This document shows positions 51,901 to 64,000 of a stretch of DNA of 64,000 nucleotides, piece by piece. Position 1 is the stretch's first letter, and the number at the start of each line of letters is the position of its first letter. The notes below the pieces were generated by a model that was not told the DNA's origin, searched no databases, and worked only from the letters and a program-made list of their open reading frames with translations. Made by a program: the position numbers and the translations under genes. The stretch comes from Balanoglossus misakiensis (taxonomy: Eukaryota; Animalia; Hemichordata): contig CM082578.2 of NCBI GenBank assembly GCA_040954595.2, forward strand, positions 62,001 to 126,000. Direction: 5' to 3'.

Positions 51901-54900
51901 TTCTCTTGTAAAAAGTGCTGCAAATTCCAGAAAATGTGGTATAATTTGAATCACCCAAGACAAAATTACCATTTTCGACTTGTTTTCGAAAAATTGTCTT
52001 TTTTACAAAATAAATAAGAATAAATTCTTTTCTTAGTTTCAAACGGGTAGAGATACTTTCCACACGGGTTTTCTAACATTGAATTCCCGTTCATCAACTC
52101 AGATTTCCTACAGCATAAGTCGGCTAAAACCCTGACACTCTAGAGCAGAAACAGTTGCACACTGATAACGTTGAACAAGTCGATTTTTCTACGGCCTGGC
52201 TCGGTTAATCTCGTCACAATATGACAGACACTAGCGTACGTTAGCAACGGTGATCAAGTCAGATTTTCAACGGCATGGGTTGGATAAAGCCTCGGCACTC
52301 TAGAGCAGAAACACGCGTACAGAGACCACGTTGATCAAGTCTGATCTCCTACGGCTTGGCTCGAATAAAACCCCGGCACACTATGACAGACACTAGCGTT
52401 CGTTAGCAACGTTGATCAAGTCAGATTTCCTACGGCATGGCTTTGCTAAAGCCCTGACACTCTAGAGCAGAAACACGCGTACAGAGACCACGTTGATCTA
52501 CTCACATTTCCATCGGCCTGGCACGGCTGATGCCCCGGCACTATATATAGGACACAGACTGGCGTAAGTTAACAACGGTGATTACGTAGGATTTCCTACG
52601 GCCTGGTTTAGCTGAAGCCCCGGCACTTTAGAGCGGAAACACGCGTACATTGACCACGTTGATCAAGTCAGATTTCCTTCGGCGTGACTCGGCTGGTGCA
52701 CCGGCTCTATATGACACAGACTGGCGTAAGTTATCAACGGTGATTACGTCGGATTTCCTACGGCCTGGTTTAGCTGAAGCCCCGGCACTTTAGAGCGGAA
52801 ACACGCGTACATTGACCACGATGATCAAGTCAGATCTCCTACGGCCTGGCTCGACTAAAACCCCGGCACACCATGACAGACACTAGCGTTCGTTAGCAAC
52901 GGTGATCAAGTCGGATTTCCTTCGGCCTGGCTCTGCAAAAGACCCGACACTCTAGTACAAAGACGTTGGCTAAGTCGGGCAAACCGAAGAGGGAAAGTCA
53001 CAGCGGGTCAACACTCGACATTTGTTCGGGTAGGACTGCATTATTGCCTGTCAATTTATAGAGAAAGCCCGAATTTAACCAGGGCGTTTCAAACAAGGAC
53101 GTTATTTGGGGGCACGGCCTGCAGTACTGCCGGGTAAGCTGACATCGGTGTACCGCATATAATGTAGGGGGGGGGGGACAGAACGGTTCAATACTACATT
53201 TATTAGATATCAGCTAGTTTTGGACAATCATCTAAAATCTAAATCATTTTTTCATATTTGGATATCTGATGATGTATGAAATTTCCATTATATGTAAAAA
53301 TGGTGCTGATTATAAAAAATGCACTCTGAATGAGCTGATTTAATACAAAATTGCGTTTTATTCGTTTTTGCACCAAAAAGGTCATTTTTAGGCAAAACAT
53401 TCTTTATTTTTTTAATTCGGTGACCTGATCATATATAAGCAATTGCTTGCATGTTAAAAGTTTTTATGACTTTTAAAAGCAGTGACACTGGCGGCATTCA
53501 ACACGAAAATAACAATTTTAACCACAATTTGGTCAAAATGGTAAATTTTTGAAAATTACAAAAAATACCTGTTTTCTACATTTTCGGAAATCTGATGGAG
53601 TATAGAATGCTCTTCGTATATATATATCGATACCAATTCCACAAAAGACCGTCTAATTTGGCTCACTGCAGACAAAATTGCGTTTTACCAAATTTTCCTT
53701 GAAAATGTCATTTTAGAAAAATAAAATAAAAAAACCTTCGTTCTTCGAACTTGGTGCCCTGATCATATATGACATGTTGATTGTATGTTAAAACTTTCGA
53801 CCACTCCAAAAATGCAGAGATATTGACGGAATTCAAGAAAAAATAGCCATTTTGGCCATATTTTGACAAAATGGTACATTTTTAAAAAATCATAAAAAAT
53901 AAAACTCTTTTCTTCATTTTCGGAAATATTATGGAGCATGAAGTGTCGTTCTCTTGTAAAAAGTGCTGCAAATTCCAGAAAATGTGGTATAATTTGAATC
54001 ACCCAAGACAAAATTACCATTTTCGACTTGTTTTCGAAAAATTGTCTTTTTTACAAAATAAATAAGAATAAATTCTTTTCTTAGTTTCAAACGGGTAGAG
54101 ATACTTTCCACACGGGTTTTCTAACATTGAATTCCCGTTCATCAACTCAGATTTCCTACAGCATAAGTCGGCTAAAACCCTGACACTCTAGAGCAGAAAC
54201 AGTTGCACACTGATAACGTTGAACAAGTCGATTTTTCTACGGCCTGGCTCGGTTAATCTCGTCACAATATGACAGACACTAGCGTACGTTAGCAACGGTG
54301 ATCAAGTCAGATTTTCAACGGCATGGGTTGGATAAAGCCTCGGCACTCTAGAGCAGAAACACGCGTACAGAGACCACGTTGATCAAGTCTGATCTCCTAC
54401 GGCTTGGCTCGAATAAAACCCCGGCACACTATGACAGACACTAGCGTTCGTTAGCAACGTTGATCAAGTCAGATTTCCTACGGCATGGCTTTGCTAAAGC
54501 CCTGACACTCTAGAGCAGAAACACGCGTACAGAGACCACGTTGATCTACTCACATTTCCATCGGCCTGGCACGGCTGATGCCCCGGCACTATATATAGGA
54601 CACAGACTGGCGTAAGTTAACAACGGTGATTACGTAGGATTTCCTACGGCCTGGTTTAGCTGAAGCCCCGGCACTTTAGAGCGGAAACACGCGTACATTG
54701 ACCACGTTGATCAAGTCAGATTTCCTTCGGCGTGACTCGGCTGGTGCACCGGCTCTATATGACACAGACTGGCGTAAGTTATCAACGGTGATTACGTCGG
54801 ATTTCCTACGGCCTGGTTTAGCTGAAGCCCCGGCACTTTAGAGCGGAAACACGCGTACATTGACCACGATGATCAAGTCAGATCTCCTACGGCCTGGCTC

Positions 54901-57900
54901 GACTAAAACCCCGGCACACCATGACAGACACTAGCGTTCGTTAGCAACGGTGATCAAGTCGGATTTCCTTCGGCCTGGCTCTGCAAAAGACCCGACACTC
55001 TAGTACAAAGACGTTGGCTAAGTCGGGCAAACCGAAGAGGGAAAGTCACAGCGGGTCAACACTCGACATTTGGTCGGGTAGGACTGCATTATTGCCTGTC
55101 AATTTATAGAGAAAGCCCGAATTTAACCAGGGCGTTCCAAACACCGACGTTAGTTGGGGGCACGGCCTGCAGTACTGCCGGGTAAGCTGACATCGGCGTA
55201 CCGCATATAATGTAAGGGGGGGGGGGGGGACAGAACGGTTCAATACTACATTTATTAGATATCAGCTAATTTTGGACAATCATCTAAAATCTAAATCATT
55301 TTTTCATATTTGGATATCTGATGATGTATGAAATTTCCATTATATGTAAAAATGGTGCTTATTATAAAACATGCACTCTGAATGAACTGATTTAATACAA
55401 GATTGCGTTTTATTCGTTTTTGCACCAAAAAGGTCATTTTTAGGCAAAACATTCTTTATATTTTTAATTCGGTGACCTGATCATATATAAACAATTGCTT
55501 GTATGTTAAAAGTTTTTATGACTTTTAAAAGCAGTGACACTGGCGGCATTCATCACGAAAATAACAATTTTAGCCACAATTTGGTCAAAATGGTAAATTT
55601 TTGAAAATTACAAAAAATACCTGTTTTCTACATTTTCGGAAATCTGATGGAGTATAGAATGCTCTTCGTATGTATATATCGATACAAATTCCACAAAAGA
55701 CCGTCTAATTTGGCTCACTGCAGACAAAATTGCGTTTTACCAAATTTTCCTTGAAAATGTCATTTTTAGAAAAAAAAATAAAAAAACCTTTGTTCTTCGA
55801 ATTTGGTGCCCTGATCATATATGACATGTTGATTGTATGTTAAAACTCTCGACCACTCCAAAAATGCAGAGATATTGACGGAATTCAAGAAAAATAGCCA
55901 TTTTGGCCATATTTTGACAAAAATGGTAAATTTTTGAAAAATCATAAAAAATTAACTCTTTTCTTCATTTTCGGAAATATTATGGAGCATGAAGTGTCGT
56001 TCTCTTGCAAAAAGTGCTGCAAATTCCAGAAAAGGCAGTATAATTTGAATCACCCAAGACAAAATTACCATTTTCAACTTTTTTTCGAAAAATTGTCTTT
56101 TTTTACAAAATAAATAAGAATAAATTCTTTTCTTAGTTTCAAACGGGTAGAGATACTTTCCACACGGGTTTTCTAACATTGAATTCCCGTTCATCAACTC
56201 AGATTTCCTACAGCATAAGTCGGCTAAAACCCTGACACTCTAGAGCAGAAACAGTTGCACACTGGTAACGTTGAACAAGTCGATTTTTCTACGACCTGGC
56301 TCGGCTAAATCTCCGTCACAATATGACAGACACTAGCGTACGTTAGCAACGGTGATCAAGTCAGATTTTCTACGGCATGGCTTGGATAAAGCCCCGGCAC
56401 TCTAGAGCAGAAACACGCGTACAGAGACCACGTTGATCAAGTCTGATCTCCTACGGCTTGACTCGACTAAAACCCTGGCACACTATGACAGACACTAGCG
56501 TTCGTTAGCAACGGTGATCAAGTCGGATTTCCTTCGGCCTGGCTCTGCAAAAGACCCGACACTCTAGTACAAAGACGTTGGCTAAGTCGGGCAAACCGAA
56601 GAGGGAAAGTCACAGCGGGTCAACACTCGACATTTGGTCGGGTAGGACTGCATTATTGCCTGTCAATTTATAGAGAAAGCCCGAATTTAACCAGGGCGTT
56701 CCAAACACCGACGTTAGTTGGGGGCACGGCCTGCAGTACTGCCGGGTAAGCTGACATCAGCGTACCGCATATAATGTAGGGGGGGGGGGGACAGAACGGT
56801 TAAATACTACATTTATCAGATATCAGCTAATTTTGGACAATCATCTAAAATGTAAATCATCTTTTCATATTTGGATATCTGATGATGTATGACATTTCCA
56901 TTATATGTAAAAATGGTGCTGATTATAAAAATGCACTCTGAATGAGCTGATTTAATGCAAAATTGCGTTTTATTCGTTTTTGCACCAAAAAGGTCATTTT
57001 TAGGCAAAACATTCTTTTTTTTTTTAATTCGGTGACCTGATCATATATAAACAATTGCTTGTATGTTAAAAGTTTTTATGACTTTTAAAAGCAGTGACAC
57101 TGGCGGCATTCAACACGAAAATAACAATTTTAGCCACAATTTGGTCAAAATGGTAAATTTTTGAAAATTACAAAAAATACCTGTTTTCTACATTTTCGGA
57201 AATCTGATGGAGTATAGAATGCTCTTCGTACGTATATATCGATACAAATTCCACAAAAGACCGTCTAATTTGGCTCACTGCAGACAAAATTGCGTTTTAC
57301 AAAATTTTCCTTGAAAATGTCATTTTTAGAAAAAAAAAATAAAAAAACCTTTTATCTTCGAATTTGGTGCCCTGATCATATATGACATGTTGATTGTATG
57401 TTAAAACTTTCGACCACTCCAAAAATGCAGAGATATTGACGGAATTCAAGAAAAAATAGCCATTTTGGCCATATTTTGACAAAAATGGTAAATTTTTAAA
57501 AAATCATAAAAAATTAACTCTTTTCTTCATTTTCGGAAATATTATGGAGCATGAAGTGTCGTTCTCTTGTAAAAAGTGCTGCAAATTCCAGAAAAGGCGG
57601 TATAATTTGAATCACCCAAGACAAAATTACCATTTTCGACTTTTTTTCGAAAAATTGTCTTTTTTACAAAATAAATAAGAATTAATTCTTTTCTTAGTTT
57701 CAAACGGGTAGAGATACTTTCCACACGGGTTTTCTAACATTGAATTCCCGTTCATCAACTCAGATTTCCTACAGCATAAGTCGGCTAAAACCCTGAGACT
57801 TTAGAGCAGAAACAGTTGCACACTGGTAACGTTGAAAAAGTCGATTTTTCTACGGCCTGGCTCGGCTAAATCTCCGTCACAATATGACAGACACTATCGT

Positions 57901-60900
57901 ACGTTAGCAACGGTGATCAAGTCAGATTTTCAACGGCATGGGTTGGATAAAGCCCCGGCACTATAGAGCAGAAACACGCGTACAGAGACCACGTTGATCA
58001 AGTCTGATCTCCTACGGCTTGGCTCGACTAAAACCCCGGCACACTATGACAGACACTAGCGTTCGTTAGCAACGTTGATCAAGTCAGATTTCCTACGGCA
58101 TGGCTTTGCTAAAGCCCTGACACTCTAGAGCAGAAACACGCGTACAGAGACCACGTTGATCTACTCACATTTCCTTCGGCCTGGCACGGCTGATGCCCCG
58201 GCACTATATATAGGACACAGACTGGCGTAAGTTAACAACGGTAATCACGTCGGGTTTCCTACGGCCTGGCTCAGCTGAAGCCCCGGCACTCTAGAGCAGA
58301 AACAGGCGTACATTGACCACGTTGATCAAGTCAGATTTCCTACGGCGTGACTCGGCTGGTGCACCGGCTCTATATGACACAGACTGGCGTAAGTTATCAA
58401 CGGTGATTACGTCGGATTTCCTACGGCCTGGTTTAGCTGAAGCCCCGGCACTTTAGAGCGGAAACACGCGTACATTGACCACGATGATCAAGTCAGATCT
58501 CCTACGGCCTGGCTCGACTAAAACCCCGGCACACCATGACAGACACTAGCGTTCGTTAGCAACGGTGATCAAGTCGGATTTCCTTCGGCCTGGCTCTGCA
58601 AAAGACCCGACACTCTAGTACAAAGACGTTGGCTAAGTCGGGCAAACCGAACAGGGAAAGTCACAGCGGGTCAACACTCGACATTTGTTCCGGTAGGACT
58701 GCATTATTGCCTGTCAATTTATAGAGAAAGCCCGAATTTAACCAGGGCGTTTCAAACACCGACGTTAGTTGGGGGCACGGCCTGCAGTACTGCCGGGTAA
58801 GCTGACATCAGCGTACCGCATATAATGTAGGGGGGGGGAACAGAACGGTTAAATACTACATTTATCAGATATCAGCTAATTTTGGACAATCATCTAAAAT
58901 GTAAATCATCTTTTCATATTTGGATATCTGATGATGTATGAAATTTCCAATATATGTAAAAATGGTGCTGATTATAAAAAATGCACTCTGAATGAGCTGA
59001 TTTAATACAAAATTGCGTTTTATTCGTTTTTGCACCAAAAAGGTCATTTTTAGGCAAAACATTCTTTATTTTTTTAATTCGGTGACCTGATCATATATAA
59101 GCAATTGCTTGCATGTTAAAAGTTTTTATGACTTTTAAAAGCAGTGACACTGGCGGCATTCAACACGAAAATAACAATTTTAACCACAATTTGGTCAAAA
59201 TGGTAAATTTTTGAAAATTACAAAAAATACCTGTTTTCTACATTTTCGGAAATCTGATGGAGTATAGAATGCTCTTCGTATATATATATCGATACAAATT
59301 CCACAAAAGACCGTCTAATTTGGCTCACTGCAGACAAAATTGCGTTTTACCAAATTTTCCTTGAAAATGTCATTTTTAGAAAAATAAAATAAAAAAACCT
59401 TCGTTCTTCGAATTTGGTGCCCTGATCATATATGATATGTTGATTGTATGTTAAAACTTTCGACCACTCCAAAAATGCAGAGATATTGACGGAATTCAAG
59501 AAAAAATAGCCATTTTGGCCATATTTTGACAAAATGGTACATTTTTAAAAAATCATAAAAAATAAACTCTTTTCTTCATTTTCGGAAATATTATGGAGCA
59601 TGAAGTGTCGTTCTCTTGTAAAAAGTGCTGCAAATTCCAGAAAATGTGGTATAATTTGAATCACCCAAGACAAAATTACCATTTTCGACTTGTTTTCGAA
59701 AAATTGTCTTTTTTACAAAATAAATAAGAATAAATTCTTTTCTTAGTTTCAAACGGGTAGAGATACTTTCCACACGGGTTTTCTAACATTGAATTCCCGT
59801 TTATCAACTCAGATTTCCTACAGCATAAGTCGGCTAAAACCCTGACACTCTAGAGCAGAAACAGTTGCACACTGATAACGTTGAACAAGTCGATTTTTCT
59901 ACGGCCTGGCACGGCTAAATCTCGTCACAATATGACAGACACTAGCGTACGTTAGCAACGGTGATCAAGTCAGATTATCAACGGCATGGGTTGGATAAAG
60001 CCCCGGCACTCTAGAGCAAAAACACGCGTACAGAGACCACGTTGATCAAGTCTGATCTCCTACGGCTTGGCTCGACTAAAACCCCGGCACACTATGACAG
60101 ACACTAGCGTTCGTTAGCAACGTTGATCAAGTCAGATTTCCTACGGCATGGCTCAGCTGAAGCCCCGGCACTCTAGAGCAGAAACAGGCGTACATTGACC
60201 ACGTTGATCAAGTCAGATTTCCTACGGCGTGACTCGGCTGGTGCACCGGCTCTATATGACACAGACTGGCGTAAGTTATCAACGGTGATTACGTCGGATT
60301 TCCTACGGCCTGGTTTAGCTGAAGCCCCGGCACTTTAGAGCGGAAACACGCGTACATTGACCACGATGATCAAGTCAGATCTCCTACGGCCTGGCTCGAC
60401 TAAAACCCCGGCACACCATGACAGACACTAGCGTTCGTTAGCAACGGTGATCAAGTCGGATTTCCTTCGGCCTTGCTCTGCAAAAGACCCGACACTCTAG
60501 TACAAAGACGTTGGCTAAGTCGGGCAAACCGAACAGGGAAAGTCACAGCGGGTCAACACTCGACATTTGTTCCGGTAGGACTGCTTTATTGCCTGTCAAT
60601 TTATAGAGAAAGCCCGAATTTAACCAGGGCGTTTCAAACACCGACGTTAGTTGGGGCACGGCCTGCAGTACTGCCGGGTAAGCTGACATCAGCGTACCGC
60701 ATATAATGTAGGGGGGGGGGGGAACAGAACGGTTAAATACTACATTTATCAGATATCAGCTAATTTTGGACAATCATCTAAAATGTAAATCATCTTTTCA
60801 TATTTGGATATCTGATGATGTATGAAATTTCCAATATATGTAAAAATGGTGCTGATTATAAAAAATGCACTCTGAATGAGCTGATTTAATACAAAATTGC

Positions 60901-63900
60901 GTTTTATTCGTTTTTGCGCCAAAAAGGTCATTTTTAGGCAAAACATTCTTTATTTTTTTAATTCGGTGACCTGATCATATATAAGCAATTGCTTGCATGT
61001 TAAAAGTTTTTATGACTTTTAAAAGCAGTGACACTGGCGGCATTCAACACGAAAATAACAATTTTAACCACAATTTGGTCAAAATGGTAAATTTTTGAAA
61101 ATTACAAAAAATACCTGTTTTCTACATTTTCGGAAATCTGATGGAGTATAGAATGCTCTTCGTATATATATATCGATACAAATTCCACAAAAGACCGTCT
61201 AATTTGGCTCACTGCAGACAAAATTGCGTTTTACCAAATTTTCCTTGAAAATGTCATTTTTAGAAAAATAAAATAAAAAAAACTTCGTTCTTCGAATTTG
61301 GTGCCCTGATCATATATGATATGTTGATTGTATGTTAAAACTTTCGACCACTCCAAAAATGCAGAGATATTGACGGAATTCAAGAAAAAATAGCCATTTT
61401 GGCCATATTTTGACAAAATGGTACATTTTTAAAAAATCATAAAAAATAAACTCTTTTCTTCATTTTCGGAAATATTATGGAGCATGAAGTGTCGTTCTCT
61501 TGTAAAAAGTGCTGCAAATTCCAGAAAATGTGGTATAATTTGAATCACCCAAGACAAAATTACCATTTTCGACTTGTTTTCGAAAAATTGTCTTTTTTAC
61601 AAAATAAATAAGAATAAATTCTTTTCTTAGTTTCAAACGGGTAGAGATACTTTCCACACGGGTTTTCTAACATTGAATTCCCGTTTATCAACTCAGATTT
61701 CCTACAGCATAAGTCGGCTAAAACCCTGACACTCTAGAGCAGAAACAGTTGCACACTGATAACGTTGAACAAGTCGATTTTTCTACGGCCTGGCACGGCT
61801 AAATCTCGTCACAATATGACAGACACTAGCGTACGTTAGCAACGGTGATCAAGTCAGATTTTCAACGGCATGGGTTGGATAAAGCCCCGGCACTCTAGAG
61901 CAGAAACACGCATACAGAGACCACGTTGATCAAGTCTGATCTCCTACGGCTTGGCTCGACTAAAACCCCGGCACACTATGACAGACACTAGCGTTCGTTA
62001 GCAACGTTGATCAAGTCAGATTTCCTACGGCATGGCTTTGCTAAAGCCCTGACACTCTAGAGCAGAAACACGCGTACAGAGACCACGTTGATCTACTCAC
62101 ATTTCCTTCGGCCTGGCACGGCTGATGCCCCGGCACTATATATAGGACACAGACTGGCGTAAGTTAACAACGGTAATCACGTCGGGTTTCCTACGGCCTG
62201 GCTCAGCTGAAGCCCCGGCACTCTAGAGCAGAAACAGGCGTACATTGACCACGTTGATCAAGTCAGATTTCCTACGGCGTTACTCGGCTGGTGCACCGGC
62301 TCTATATGACACAGACTGGCGTAAGTTATCAACGGTGATTACGTCGGATTTCCTACGGCCTGGTTTAGCTGAAGCCCCGGCACTTTAGAGCGGAAACACG
62401 CTTACATTGACCACGATGATCAAGTCAGATCTCCTACGGCCTGGCTCGACTAAAACCCCGGCACACCATGACAGACACTAGCGTTCGTTAGCAACGGTGA
62501 TCAAGTCGGATTTCCTTCGGCCTGGCTCTGCAAAAGACCCGACACTCTAGTACAAAGACGTTGGCTAAGTCGGGCAAACCGAACAGGGAAAGTCACAGCG
62601 GGTCAACACTCGACATTTGTTCCGGTAGGACTGCTTTATTGCCTGTCAATTTATAGAGAAAGCCCGAATTTAACCAGGGCGTTTCAAACACCGACGTTAG
62701 TTGGGGGCACGGCCTGCAGTACTGCCGGGTAAGCTGACATCAGCGTACCGCATATAATGTAGGGGGGGGGGGGAACAGAACGGTTAAATACTACATTTAT
62801 CAGATATCAGCTAATTTTGGACAATCATCTAAAATGTAAATCATCTTTTCATATTTGGATATCTGATGAAGTATGAAATTTCCAATATATGTAAAAATGG
62901 TGCTGATTATAAAAAATGCACTCTGAATGAGCTGATTTAATACAAAATTGCGTTTTATTCGTTTTTGCACCAAAAAGGTCATTTTTAGGCAAAACATTCT
63001 TTATTTTTTTAATTCGGTGACCTGATCATATATAAGCAATTTCTTGCATGTTAAAAGTTTTTATGACTTTTAAAAGCAGTGACACTGGCGGCATTCAACA
63101 CGAAAATAACAATTTTAGCCACAATTTGGTCAAAATGGTAAATTTTTGAAAATTACAAAAAATACCTGTTTTCTACATTTTCGGAAATCTGATGGAGTAT
63201 AGAATGCTCTTCGTATATATATATCGATACAAATTCCACAAAAGACCGTCTAATTTGGCTCACTGCAGACAAAATTGCGTTTTACCAAATTTTCCTTGAA
63301 AATGTCATTTTTAGAAAAATAAAATAAAAAAACCTTCGTTCTTCGAATTTGGTGCCCTGATCATATATGATATGTTGATTGTATGTTAAAACTTTCGACC
63401 ACTCCAAAAATGCAGAGATATTGACGGAATTCAAGAAAAAATAGCCATTTTGGCCATATTTTGACAAAATGGTACATTTTTAAAAAATCATAAAAAATAA
63501 ACTCTTTTCTTCATTTTCGGAAATATTATGGAGCATGATGTGTCGTTCTTTTGTAAAAAGTGCTGCAAATTCCAGAAAATGTGGTATAATTTGAATCACC
63601 CAAGACAAAATTACCATTTTCGACTTGTTTTCGAAAAATTGTCTTTTTTACAAAATAAATAAGAATAAATTCTTTTCTTAGTTTCAAACGGGTAGAGATA
63701 CTTTCCACACGGGTTTTCAAACATTGAATTCCCGTTTATCAACTCAGATTTCCTACAGCATAAGTCGGCTAAAACCCTGACACTCTAGAGCAGAAACAGT
63801 TGCACACTGATAACGTTGAACAAGTCGATTTTTCTACGGCCTGGCACGGCTAAATCTCGTCACAATATGACAGACACTAGCGTACGTTAGCAACGGTGAT

Positions 63901-64000
63901 CAAGTCAGATTTTCAACGGCATGGGTTGGATAAAGCCCCGGCACTCTAGAGCAGAAACACGCGTACAGAGACCACGTTGATCAAGTCTGATCTCCTACGG
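33962..64000 (-). repeat. Uninterrupted composite satellite array in reverse orientation, ~15 units of about 1.6-2.1 kb
   Basis: Marker ORFs end at 37968, 40021, 42069, 44120, 46004, 48052, 49939, 52063, 54111, 57724, 59773, 61657 and ~63710. Confidence 0.98.

Noticed and set aside
4871-63720. Recurring short ORFs (MESISTRLKL..., MSKYGQNGY..., MFCLKMTF..., MNRSV...)
   Set aside because: Chance ORFs in satellite units, mostly with non-ATG starts, frame-breaking homopolymer variation and no recognisable domain.

Overview
This is eukaryotic (metazoan-looking) repetitive DNA; I found no host genes. It is dominated by a composite satellite with a unit of about 2.05 kb: a GC/CpG-rich block of ~81-bp monomers, an AT-rich block with ~335-bp (and probably ~167-bp) internal periodicity, and a poly-C linker. 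The array runs on the + strand from ~3985 to ~27243 and on the - strand from ~33962 to the window end. The orientation switch is a large fold-back palindrome: ~3.0-kb arms (27244-30286 and 30945-33961) around a 658-bp spacer, made from the 3' part of an internally deleted BEL/Pao LTR retrotransposon, with the mirror extending into the flanking satellite. The left part holds several mobile elements: a 5'-truncated L1/Tx1-type LINE interrupted by a short L2/CR1-type 3' fragment, a full-length young chromodomain-bearing Ty3/Gypsy element (7791-15093, 4-bp TSD, TG...TA ends), and an orphan BEL/Pao integrase-LTR fragment that replaces ~730 bp of satellite and has a 43-bp satellite piece inside its LTR. 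The right 30 kb is TE-free satellite with higher-order duplications. The layout resembles the edge of a (peri)centromeric or other heterochromatic array, but that is inference. All alignments were done by eye.
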